The notes under the pieces are model-generated. The model was given only the letters and a program-made list of their open reading frames with translations. It was not told the origin of the DNA and searched no databases. The translations under genes and the position numbers were made by a program. 58,537 nt of DNA, from positions 1 through 58,537 of the forward strand of contig DASXJG010000071.1 of the NCBI GenBank assembly GCA_036497525.1, read 5' to 3'. How positions within the stretch are numbered: the first letter of the stretch is position 1; each line of letters starts with the position of its first letter. This DNA is from Gaiellaceae bacterium. GTDB taxonomy: Bacteria > Actinomycetota > Thermoleophilia > Gaiellales > Gaiellaceae. Below, piece by piece: positions 19,281 to 27,449 of this stretch.

Positions 19281-19631
19281 TTGCCCATCCGCTGCCTCAT
19301 CGTCGACGACAATCGGGAGTTTCTCGACAGCGCGTGCGTGCTGCTCGAGCGAGAAGGCATCGCGGTAGTCGGGGTCGCGACGACGAGCGCCGACGCGCTG
19401 CGACTCGAGAGGGAGCTCCGGCCGAACGTCGTGCTCGTCGATCTCCGTCTCGGCAACGAGAACGGCTTCGATCTCGCGAGTCAGCTGAGCGCCACCGTGA
19501 TTCTGATCTCCACCCACACCGAGGACGAATACACCGAGGCGGTCGCGGCCAGCCCGGCGGCAGGGTTCATTTCCAAGGCTCATCTGTCGGCGAGCGCGAT
19601 CCTGCGCCTTGCCGGGGACGCGGGCGATTGA
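19281..19631 (+). CDS. Stand-alone response-regulator receiver domain protein
   Basis: TTG start 30 nt after the lipoprotein stop. Receiver motifs are IVDDN, the phospho-acceptor region VVLVDLRL, and the conserved Lys in GFISK. No output domain. Confidence 0.7.
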   Translation: MPIRCLIVDDNREFLDSACVLLEREGIAVVGVATTSADALRLERELRPNVVLVDLRLGNENGFDLASQLSATVILISTHTEDEYTEAVAASPAAGFISKAHLSASAILRLAGDAGD

Positions 19632-19639
19632 GGAGGGCG

Positions 19640-20299
19640 CTAGCGGGCGTTGAGGTACGTGACCACCGCAAGCACGCGGCGTTGGTCGTCCTCCCCCGAG
19701 GGCAAGCGCAGCTTCCTCAGGATTGAGCGGACGTGCTTCTCCACCGTCGACTCGGTGATCCACAACGTGTGCGCGATGCCTGCATTCGAGCGTCCCTCGG
19801 CCATCAGGGCCAGCACTTCGAGCTCCCGAGGCGAGAGGACGTCGAGCGGGTCGTGAGCACCTCGCGCCGCCACGAGCTCCTGCACGAGCGCAGGATCGAC
19901 GACCGATGCTCCCCTGACGATCCGCTCGAGCGTCGCGACGAACTCGTCCACATCGGTCACGCGACTCTTGAGCAGGTAGCCGCTCCGCTCGCCGCTCGAG
20001 AGCAACGCGGTCGCCCGCTCCACCTGGACGTACGCGGACAGCGCGACGACGGCGGTCTCGGGGAACTCCTCGCGTATCGCCTCCGCGGCTTCGAGCCCTT
20101 CGCTCGTGTGCGTCGGCGGCATCCGGATATCGACGATCACGAGGTCGGGCCGAAGCTCGCGCACCAGCTCGAGCAGCTCGGAGGCGTTTCCGCACTGACC
20201 GACGACGTCGAACCCCGAACGCTCGAGCAGGCCGGCGAGACCCTCGCGCATGAGGACCTCGTCGTCGGCCACCACGACCCGAGTCGCGATTGTGCTCAC
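19640..20299 (-). CDS. NarL/FixJ-family response regulator (receiver plus LuxR HTH)
   Basis: Start trimmed to GTG 20299. Motifs VVVADDE, LVIVDIRMP and the LuxR HTH LSPRELEVLALMAEGRSNAGIAHTLWITESTVEKHVRSILRKL. Confidence 0.85.
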   Translation of the reverse strand: MSTIATRVVVADDEVLMREGLAGLLERSGFDVVGQCGNASELLELVRELRPDLVIVDIRMPPTHTSEGLEAAEAIREEFPETAVVALSAYVQVERATALLSSGERSGYLLKSRVTDVDEFVATLERIVRGASVVDPALVQELVAARGAHDPLDVLSPRELEVLALMAEGRSNAGIAHTLWITESTVEKHVRSILRKLRLPSGEDDQRRVLAVVTYLNAR

Positions 20300-20309
20300 G
20301 GCAACGATT

Positions 20310-23300
20310 ATGGGGTACCGTGAAGTGATGGGCACGTCCGCCGCCCCGGCGGATCAGTGGAACGACACTGCCCACGAGCTGCGCAGGCTCGCGGAGGAGC
20401 AGGCTGCATTGCGCCGGGTCGCGACGCTCGTGGCGTCGGGGGCATCGTCGACGGAGGTGTTCGAAGCCTTGGCCAGGGAGGTCGCGCAGGTCCTGGACCT
20501 CCCGAACGCGGCGGTCTGCCGGTACGAGGACGGCGGCGCGGCGATGACGGTCGTCTCGGTGTGGGGCTCCCGTCCCCACAGCTTCCACCCGGGGTCCCGC
20601 TGGGAGCTCGACGGCCCGTCGGTTTCCCGGGAGGTGCTGCGCACCGGCCGACCGATACGGGTCGAGGATTACGCTGATCTTCCCGGGGCGCTGGCCGCGG
20701 AGGCGCGCGAGGGCGGTTTCGACAGGGTGGCCGGCGCACCGATCTTCGTCGACGGCCGAGTCTGGGGAATGGTCGCGACCTCGTCTACGGACGCGCCGTT
20801 CCCGGAGCACGTCGAGGACCGGCTGTCGGAATTCACCGACCTCGTAGGCATCGCAATCGCGAACAGCCAGGCTCACGACGAGCTCGCTCAACTCGCGGAG
20901 GAACAGGCGGCGTTGAGGCGGGTGGCGACACTGGTTGCAGCAAGAGGTGCCGGAGCGGGAGAGGTGTTCGAGGCCGTGAGCGCGGAGGTGGCGGCGCTGA
21001 TCGGCGCGGACGGCTCCGCTCTCATTCGCTACGAACCAGACGGGACCATCACCACCGTAAGCAGCTGGACGCCCGAGGGAGGCTTCAGCAACCTCGGCAT
21101 CCGCTACCCGCTCGAAGGCAGCGTTTCGGGGCTGATTCTGGAAACCGGCCGGCCCGCCCGCGTCGACCGCATCGCAGAGGCGCAGGGCGAGGCGCAGGAG
21201 GCCGCCCGTGCGTTGGGCTTTCACTCCTCGGTAGGAGCGCCGCTCACTGTGGATGGCCGCCTATGGGGTGTGTTGGCCGTCGCTTCGAAGAGCGAGAAGC
21301 CGCTGCCCCGCGACACCGAGGAGCGACTGGCCGAGTTCGCAGAGCTCTTCGCGACCGCGATCGCGAACGGCGAGGCACACGAGCAGCTCGAGCAGCTCGC
21401 CGACCAACAGGCGGCGCTGCGGCGGGTGGCGACGCTGGTTGCAGCGGACGCGCCAACGGCAGAGGTGTTCGATGCGGTAACCGCCGAGGTGGCTGCCTTG
21501 ATTCCCGCGGATACCTCTGCTTTGACGCGGTACGAGGCTGACGGCAACTTCACCTCGGTGAGCGGCTGGGCGATCGAGGGCCCTCACAAGTACGTCGGGA
21601 GGCGCTACCCGCTCGAAGGCACCGTATCGGGCCTGATCTTCGAGACGGGCCAGCCCGGGCGGGTCGACAACTACGCCGAAGCGCCCGGCGAGGCTTCCGA
21701 GGTCGCCCGCGAGCTGGCGTGGCAGTCGTCGGTGGGAGCCCCGGTCACGGTCGAGGGCCGCCCCTGGGGCGCCTTGGTGGTCGTCTCGAAGACCGAGCAG
21801 CTGCTGCCGCCCGAAACGGAGCGTCGACTCACCGAGTTCACCGAGCTCGTGGCGACTGCAATTGCAAACAGCCAGGCACACGAGCAGCTCGAGCAGCTCG
21901 CCGACCAACAGGCGGCGCTGAGGAGGGTGGCGACGCTCGTTGCAGGGGGTGCGGAACCGGCAGAGGTGTTCGAAGCCGTGAGCACGGAGGTGGCGGCACT
22001 GATGGGCGCGGACGGCTCCGCTCTCACGCGCTTCGAGGAAGACGGGGCCGTGACCGCAGTGAGTGGCTGGACGGCCGACGGCGGCTACAACTACGTCGGG
22101 AAGCGCTACCCCCTCGAAGGCACGGTGTCGGGGCTGATCTTCGAAACCGGACGGCCCGGCCGGATAGAGAACTACGCCGAAGCGCCGGGCGAAGCGCCCG
22201 AAGCCGCCCGCGCGATGGGCTGGCATTCGTCCGTTGGAGCACCGATTACCGTGGACGGCCGCCTTTGGGGCGTTTTGGCCGTCAGTTCGAAGACGGAGCA
22301 GCCGCTGCCTCCCGAGACGGAGCGGCGACTGATGGAGTTCGCGGAGCTCTTCGCGACTGCGATCGCAAACAGCCAGGCACACGAACAGCTCGCGCTGCTC
22401 GCCGACGAACAGGCGGCTCTCCGCCGGGTGGCCACGCTCGTCGCCCAGGGCGCGGCTCCCGACCACGTCTTCGACGCCGTCCGGCGCGAGGTAGCGCGGA
22501 TGTTCAAGACTCCGCTCAGCGTGCTGATGCGCCACGACGCCGACGGGTTTGCGACCGTGCTCGCGACAGCAAGCGGCTACCTCGGCCCGGTGGGGAGGCG
22601 CTGGCGCGTCGCGGGCGATAGCAGCGCGATTGCGCGCGTCTGCGAGACGGGTCGTCCCGCACGCGTCGATTACACGCGTCCCGGGCAGGGATCGATCGCA
22701 GCCGCGGCTCGCGGCGAGGGGGCGCGGTCGGCGGTCGCCGTGCCGGTCGTCGTCGAGGGGACTCTGTGGGGCGTAATGGCCGTCGGCACGCGCGACCCCG
22801 AACCGCTCCCGGGCGACCTCGAAGACCGGCTGTCGAAGTTCACGGAGCTCCTCGCGACGGCCATCGCCAATGCCGAGGGCCGCGCGGAGCTGGACGCCTC
22901 ACGGGCGAGAATCGTCGCCACCGCCGACGCAACTCGCCGGCGGATCGAACGCGATCTGCACGACGGCGCTCAGCAGCGGCTCGTGGCGCTCGCGCTCGCG
23001 CTACGCGCAGCGCAGTCGACTGTGCCGGATGAGCTGGATCAGCACCGAGACGAGCTCACACGAGTTCTCGAGGGCCTGACGGCCGTGCTCGACGACCTCC
23101 GCGAGACGGCCCTTGGAATCCATCCTGCCGGCCTCTCCGAGGACGGCCTGACCCCGGCGTTGAAGCGCCTCGTCGCCCGTTCGCCGCTTCGGGTCAACCT
23201 CGACGTCCGGACAGACGGCCGCTTCCCCGAGCCGGTCGAGGTAACGGCCTACTACCTCGTCTCCGAGACGTTGACGAACGCGGCGAAGTACGCCGAAACG

Positions 23301-23516
23301 CCGGTCGTAGACGTCACCGTGACGGCCGGGCTCGCAGCGCTACACGTCGAGGTTCGCGACGCGGGGCGCGGCGGCGCGGATCCGGCCGAGGGCTCGGGCC
23401 TGATCGGGCTGCGCGACCGCGTCGAGGCGATCGGTGGAACTCTGCGCCTGTCGAGCCCGCCGGGCGCCGGCACCTCACTTTCGGTCGAGTTACCGCTGCA
23501 CCACCCTGCAGACTGA
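20310..23516 (+). CDS. Soluble sensor histidine kinase: five tandem GAF domains plus HisKA_3 dimerisation domain plus HATPase_c
   Basis: Start is ATG 20310 or 20328, divergent from the NarL regulator. Five units of about 167 aa each begin L..LA.EQAALRRVATLVA. These are followed by the H-box ERDLHDGAQQRL and an ATPase region (YLVSETLTNAAKYA, GSGLIGLRDRV). No TM segment was seen. Confidence 0.85.
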   Translation: MGYREVMGTSAAPADQWNDTAHELRRLAEEQAALRRVATLVASGASSTEVFEALAREVAQVLDLPNAAVCRYEDGGAAMTVVSVWGSRPHSFHPGSRWELDGPSVSREVLRTGRPIRVEDYADLPGALAAEAREGGFDRVAGAPIFVDGRVWGMVATSSTDAPFPEHVEDRLSEFTDLVGIAIANSQAHDELAQLAEEQAALRRVATLVAARGAGAGEVFEAVSAEVAALIGADGSALIRYEPDGTITTVSSWTPEGGFSNLGIRYPLEGSVSGLILETGRPARVDRIAEAQGEAQEAARALGFHSSVGAPLTVDGRLWGVLAVASKSEKPLPRDTEERLAEFAELFATAIANGEAHEQLEQLADQQAALRRVATLVAADAPTAEVFDAVTAEVAALIPADTSALTRYEADGNFTSVSGWAIEGPHKYVGRRYPLEGTVSGLIFETGQPGRVDNYAEAPGEASEVARELAWQSSVGAPVTVEGRPWGALVVVSKTEQLLPPETERRLTEFTELVATAIANSQAHEQLEQLADQQAALRRVATLVAGGAEPAEVFEAVSTEVAALMGADGSALTRFEEDGAVTAVSGWTADGGYNYVGKRYPLEGTVSGLIFETGRPGRIENYAEAPGEAPEAARAMGWHSSVGAPITVDGRLWGVLAVSSKTEQPLPPETERRLMEFAELFATAIANSQAHEQLALLADEQAALRRVATLVAQGAAPDHVFDAVRREVARMFKTPLSVLMRHDADGFATVLATASGYLGPVGRRWRVAGDSSAIARVCETGRPARVDYTRPGQGSIAAAARGEGARSAVAVPVVVEGTLWGVMAVGTRDPEPLPGDLEDRLSKFTELLATAIANAEGRAELDASRARIVATADATRRRIERDLHDGAQQRLVALALALRAAQSTVPDELDQHRDELTRVLEGLTAVLDDLRETALGIHPAGLSEDGLTPALKRLVARSPLRVNLDVRTDGRFPEPVEVTAYYLVSETLTNAAKYAETPVVDVTVTAGLAALHVEVRDAGRGGADPAEGSGLIGLRDRVEAIGGTLRLSSPPGAGTSLSVELPLHHPAD
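20376..22884 (+). repeat. Five in-frame tandem coding repeats of about 501 bp (GAF-domain units) inside the kinase gene
   Basis: Unit boundaries fall at about 20376, 20880, 21381, 21882 and 22383. Units 3 and 4 start with an identical 39-mer, gagcagctcgagcagctcgccgaccaacaggcggcgctg. Confidence 0.85.
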
Positions 23517-23639
23517 CCGGGCGAAAGAGGAGGCAGACGACTCTTCGTCCGCTCCCCCGATCTGCGTTCCACTCGGTCTGCTGGAATGCGCAGCGCATGG
23601 CGGAACCTTGGGACTCCCGCCAGGAACGAGGGAGAGGGC

Positions 23640-24305
23640 ATGCCTACACCGATCGATCGTGACGAGCTCCAGCGGCTGCGCCGGGAGGAGAATGCCCACC
23701 TCGTCGAGGTGCTCCCGGCGGAGGATTTCGAGGACGAACACCTCCCCGGCGCGATCAACATTCCGCTGAAGACGCTCGACCGTCGCTCGACCGCATCCCT
23801 CGAGCCGTCGAGACCGGTGATCGTCTACTGCTACCACTACCAGTGAGACCTGAGTCCACGAGCCGCGGCGCGGCTCGACGGGCTCGGCTTCACCCGCGTG
23901 TACGAGTACACGGCCGGCAAGGCCGATTGGGGCTCGTTCGGATTGCCGCTCGAGGGAAGAGCGGATAGCAGCACGCGCGTCGGGAGCGTGACTCGCACGG
24001 ACGTGCCGACGTGCCGGCCGGACGAGCTCGTCTCCGCCGTGGCCGAGCGCGTCGGAGACGAGTGGGAGATCTCCGTCGTCACGAACGAGCGCGGCGTCGT
24101 CGCCGGTGTCCTCGACCGAGCTGCGATTCGTTCAGGAGAGCAGATCCTGGTGGAGGAGGCGATGTCCCTCGGGCCGCGGACGATTCGGCCGAGCGCACGA
24201 AAGGGCAAGATCGAGCAACGGATGCGCGACCAGAACCTCGCTCACCTGCTCGTGACCCGCTCCGACGGCACTCTCGTCGGCGTGTTGCGGCGCGACGATC
24301 TTTGA
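23640..24305 (+). CDS. Rhodanese domain plus CBS-pair protein interrupted by one in-frame TGA (23844-23846): candidate selenoprotein, or a recent pseudogene
   Basis: ATG 23640 follows GAGGGAGAGGG. ORFs 23586..23846 and 23898..24305 share one frame. The read-through sequence is PVIVYCYHYQ-[TGA]-DLSPRAAARLDGLGFTRVYEYTAGKADW, followed by two CBS motifs. Confidence 0.55.
23852..23885 (+). promoter_or_regulatory. SECIS-like mRNA hairpin starting 6 nt after the in-frame UGA
   Basis: Pairs 23852-23857 with 23880-23885 (one G-U) and 23859-23866 with 23870-23877. There is a 1x2 internal loop, and the apical GGC sits about 21 nt after the UGA. Confidence 0.35.
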
Positions 24306-24330
24306 GCGTCCAGACCGCGTCGCGCGCGCT

Positions 24331-24373
24331 CGCACGATCCGGCCGTCACCACGTGTGGCGGCCGGATCGTGCG
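24331..24373. terminator. Perfect 15-bp inverted repeat between convergent genes (likely bidirectional terminator)
   Basis: cgcacgatccggccg (24331-24345) and cggccggatcgtgcg (24359-24373) flank a 13-nt loop containing cacgtg. It lies between the stops at 24305 and 24380. Confidence 0.6.
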
Positions 24374-24379
24374 CGTCCG

Positions 24380-26314
24380 TCAGCCGACGGTGAAGACGCC
24401 CTTCATCCCGGCCTCGGCGTGGCCGGGAACGGTGCACAGGTAGGGGTACTTGCCGCTCTTCGTGAACGCGACGGCGAGGTTCGCCGTCCCGCCCGGCTGG
24501 ATCAGCGCCGTCTGCTTGCCGTTGATCCGGAAGTCGTGCGCCACATGGCCGACGTTCTTGACCGCGAACGTCACCGTGCCGGGCTTCGCGGCCGACTGTG
24601 CCGAGAGCTTGAAGAAGAATTCCCCGGCCTGGACCTGGATCGCGGTGCCCTTCGTGCTCGTGGACGGCGCGGTCGTCCCGCTCCCGCCGGAGCTCGAGGT
24701 CGGCGCGGTCTGCGTCTTGGCGCCGCCCGCGGGCGCGTTCAGCGAATAGGCGACGATCTCGGGCTTTTGCCCCTTGCCCATCGGGAAGCTCGCGACGGTA
24801 ATCAGGGTGTCCCCGTTGACGACAACCGGTGAATTCGTTCCGGCGGAAAGCTGCTTCTGCCAGACGATCGCACCGTTGCTCCTCGAGAGCGCAGTCACCT
24901 TGCCGTCCAGCGTCGTGGTGAACACGAGGTCGTTCGTGACGGTGGCGTCGCCGTAGGCCGAGCTCGGCAGGTGCCGGTCCCACAGCACCTTCCCCGTGGC
25001 CACGCTCAACGCAACCACCTCTCCGGTTCCTTTCGTGATCGCGGCGTTGGTCCCGATCTTCTCGGTCTTGTTCTTGAACGTCGAAGACAGGTCGTTGATC
25101 GGGACGTAGACCACCCCGTCCGAGAGCGCCATGTTCGTCTCGACGCCCCCAAGTGTGCCGGGGTAGTAGACGTACGGGACCGTCGCATGCAGCTTGTGGT
25201 GCAACGCCAGCACGGCATCGTTGTCATGACCGTTGTGCTTCCCGACTGGGGTCTTCCACAGCAGCTTCCCCGTCGTCGCGTTCATCAAGTAGACGTAGCC
25301 CATCTTCCCCGAGTCGACGATCACCGGCTGGCCACCGGTCTCGGTATAGATCGGCGAGACCTGCATGTCCCAGTCGTGGAAGTCGTTCGGAATCGCCTGG
25401 TAGTACCACTTCAGCTTCCCGCTGCTCGGCGTGAGGGCGACGGTGCTGTCGTTGTAGAGGAGCGTGGTGGGATGCTCGGTTGCCTGGTCGATCGACCGGT
25501 ACGGGTTGGCGATCCCGAAGTAGACCGTTCCATCCGGTCCGATGGCCGGGGTGTTCCAGGCCCCGCCCGTGCCCAGCGTGCCGCCGGCGCTGCGGTCGGC
25601 AGGGCTCTTCGTCTCCTGGAACCTCCAGAGCACTTTGCCCGTCTTCGCATCGAGTGCGTACGCCAGTCCGCCGTTCAGCTGGCCGGAGGTCGACAGGTAG
25701 ACGCGGCCGTCGTGCACCTGCGGCGCGATGTTGAAGCCCTGGCCCTGCTTCGCCGCGAGGTTCGCCGTGCGCCAGAGGAGCTTTCCTGTCGCGGCCGAGA
25801 GTGCGAACGCGTAGGCAGGCATCTCGCCGTACACGGTTCCACCCACCACGGCCACGCCGTTCGGTCCCTCGCCGAGCGGCATTCCGCTCATGTGGCCGGC
25901 GTGGTACGTCCACAGCACCTTGCCGGTCTTGCTGTTCGCGGCAAATACGTTGTAGCCGAGGTCTTGGAAGTAGATCGTCCCGTCCGGGCCGACCACGGGG
26001 GTGTTGGCGTAGTAGCCGAAGCCTCCCGCGTGGGTGAGAGGGATCCTCCACGCCACCCGGAGCTTCGACACGTTCGTCGAATTGATCGGGCTGCTGACGG
26101 CGCGCGTGTTCTGCAGGTCCGCGTTCGGCAGCGACCACGTAGTCACTGCCCGCGTCGAAGTGCCGCGCGAACCGGCGCTCTTGTTCGTGGACGAGGCACT
26201 ACTGGACGAGGATCCGCCGCAACCGCTGACGGCGAGGACCGCCGCGACGACGCCCGCCCCGGCGAGAATCACCGCCCAGCGGCCGCCCCCTCGGGCCTTG
26301 TTGATCAGTGACAT
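24380..26314 (-). CDS. Lipoprotein: PQQ-like (quinoprotein/BamB-type) beta-propeller fused to a C-terminal type-1 copper cupredoxin domain
   Basis: Lipobox LAVSGC with a Ser-rich linker. Repeated A.D/S..TGK.LW propeller motifs. The C-terminal domain of about 100 aa has the Cu ligand pattern H(VAHDF)...C-TVPG-H-AEAG-M. Confidence 0.75.
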   Translation of the reverse strand: MSLINKARGGGRWAVILAGAGVVAAVLAVSGCGGSSSSSASSTNKSAGSRGTSTRAVTTWSLPNADLQNTRAVSSPINSTNVSKLRVAWRIPLTHAGGFGYYANTPVVGPDGTIYFQDLGYNVFAANSKTGKVLWTYHAGHMSGMPLGEGPNGVAVVGGTVYGEMPAYAFALSAATGKLLWRTANLAAKQGQGFNIAPQVHDGRVYLSTSGQLNGGLAYALDAKTGKVLWRFQETKSPADRSAGGTLGTGGAWNTPAIGPDGTVYFGIANPYRSIDQATEHPTTLLYNDSTVALTPSSGKLKWYYQAIPNDFHDWDMQVSPIYTETGGQPVIVDSGKMGYVYLMNATTGKLLWKTPVGKHNGHDNDAVLALHHKLHATVPYVYYPGTLGGVETNMALSDGVVYVPINDLSSTFKNKTEKIGTNAAITKGTGEVVALSVATGKVLWDRHLPSSAYGDATVTNDLVFTTTLDGKVTALSRSNGAIVWQKQLSAGTNSPVVVNGDTLITVASFPMGKGQKPEIVAYSLNAPAGGAKTQTAPTSSSGGSGTTAPSTSTKGTAIQVQAGEFFFKLSAQSAAKPGTVTFAVKNVGHVAHDFRINGKQTALIQPGGTANLAVAFTKSGKYPYLCTVPGHAEAGMKGVFTVG

Positions 26315-26659
26315 CGTGTCTGCTCCCTTCGAGCTCGAGTGCTTTTAGAACACGATCGCCCCGGGGGCAGTGGCTACGCATCGCCGACAGCCGGAAGGTT
26401 TCATGGCCGCTAGCCGGTACGAACGTTGGACGTTCTCCGTGATGCGTTCGGAGGGCAGCTGCGGCATCGTCACCTTCATGGCAGCACTCGCCGGTCCGAC
26501 CGCGTTCCGCAACGCAGTACTCGATCTCAGCGCCGAGCCGACGCCTGTGAACGTACGGCGGTACCTCGCTGCAAGCCGGCTCCTCGACCGCGACGCCGCG
26601 CGAACGCAACCGCGCGCGAGACCACAGGTCTCGGACCGCCGAGGGCAGCCGTGAACGCC

Positions 26660-26869
26660 ATGAGATCCCGCACGCTCGCGCCGCTGCTTCGCCGCTGGGG
26701 ACTCCCGGTGTGTTCGATCTGCTTGCGTGTTCATGCCCGCGGAACCTGGCTCGAGCCCGGGGACGCGATCCGCGAGCTGCGCACCTTCGAGAGCACTGTC
26801 CCACCGCGCCTGCGGTCGGCGATCTGCCCCGAGTGCGAGACGCAGATTGCATCCCGGAGGGCGGCCTGA
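26660..26869 (+). CDS. Small (69 aa) CxxC...CxxC zinc-ribbon protein, function unknown
   Basis: VCSICLRV...ICPECETQ. My hand count of third-position G+C is about 83%, the best coding signal in this patch. Confidence 0.45.
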   Translation: MRSRTLAPLLRRWGLPVCSICLRVHARGTWLEPGDAIRELRTFESTVPPRLRSAICPECETQIASRRAA

Positions 26870-27039
26870 TGAGCCTCTCCGCTCTCCTGGGAACATCTCT
26901 CGCTCTGGCGATGGCTCTGCTCGCAGTGGCGGTCACCTACCTGAGCGAGCGCCGGATTCCCGGCGGGTCAACGTCGCGCTTCAACAAGAGCCGGCGGGGG
27001 AAGATCGGTCCGCATGGCACCGAAGAAAACAGAGCTTGA
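26869..27039 (+). CDS. Possible 56-aa single-TM peptide
   Basis: ATG overlaps the previous stop (TGATG). Hydrophobic N-terminus (LSALLGTSLALAMALLAVAV) followed by a basic tail. Only modest GC3 (about 73%). Confidence 0.3.
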   Translation: MSLSALLGTSLALAMALLAVAVTYLSERRIPGGSTSRFNKSRRGKIGPHGTEENRA

Positions 27040-27247
27040 CGCCCGGCTTCAGGATCTCGTAGAGAGACACGACTCGCTGGTCGAGATCGTGCACCGGCTC
27101 GCAACTCATGCGTCTGTGGTCGCAGTCGCCGTGCGCGACCCTCAGGCGGTGCCGCCGACCGACCTCGACGCCGCTCTGGCTGGAATCGCGGAAATCAGCC
27201 GCAGCTGGCCCCCGAGCGGCGGGCACTCATCTAGCGCAAGCGCTTGA
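27014..27247 (+). CDS. Hypothetical 77-aa protein
   Basis: ORF with a helical N-terminus (ELDARLQDLVERHDSLVEIVHRL). GC3 is about 71%. No recognisable family. Confidence 0.3.
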   Translation: MAPKKTELDARLQDLVERHDSLVEIVHRLATHASVVAVAVRDPQAVPPTDLDAALAGIAEISRSWPPSGGHSSSASA

Positions 27248-27449
27248 GGCTCTTGCGCTTGTTCCGCTTCTTGAGCTTCTTCGCGTTGGGCTGAAGCGCT
27301 CTCTTGAGCCCCGCTCGAATCTGTGACGCTTCCTCGGGACTCAATGCGAGCGCGACCCGACGTGTGTCGGATCGAGTGATTCGTATGCGCCCGTCGCCCG
27401 GGCTGAGAGCAACGTCGAACATCCGCTCCGGCTGGGTCGCAGTAGCCAT
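27231..27449 (-). CDS. Hypothetical 72-aa protein with a strongly basic Lys/Arg tail
   Basis: The C-terminus reads KKLKKRNKRKSLKRLR. It lies downstream of, and co-oriented with, the two lipoprotein genes. No family recognised. Confidence 0.35.
   Translation of the reverse strand: MATATQPERMFDVALSPGDGRIRITRSDTRRVALALSPEEASQIRAGLKRALQPNAKKLKKRNKRKSLKRLR

Noticed and set aside
18966-21224. 752-aa minus-strand ORF, with similar long ORFs at 21261..22535 (-), 7229..8725 (-), 14198..16096 (-), 4239..5426 (-), 57045..58289 (-), 37107..38621 (-) and 36001..37056 (-)
   Set aside because: These are Arg/Pro/Gly/Asp-rich low-complexity translations lying antisense to, or out of frame with, genes that have clear family motifs. 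They are typical shadow ORFs of a genome with about 70% G+C.
20376-22884. Regular repeats of about 500 bp, considered as a possible CRISPR-like or satellite array
   Set aside because: The period is exactly in frame (167 codons), there are no short unique spacers, and each unit encodes a GAF domain of one continuous kinase ORF.
26345-26654. Competing ORFs 26345..26896 (-) and 26370..26654 (+) in the low-GC patch
   Set aside because: They overlap each other almost completely. Both have only intermediate third-position G+C (about 74-80% by hand count), and neither has a recognisable family or RBS. Neither can be called with confidence, so the region is flagged as a finding instead.
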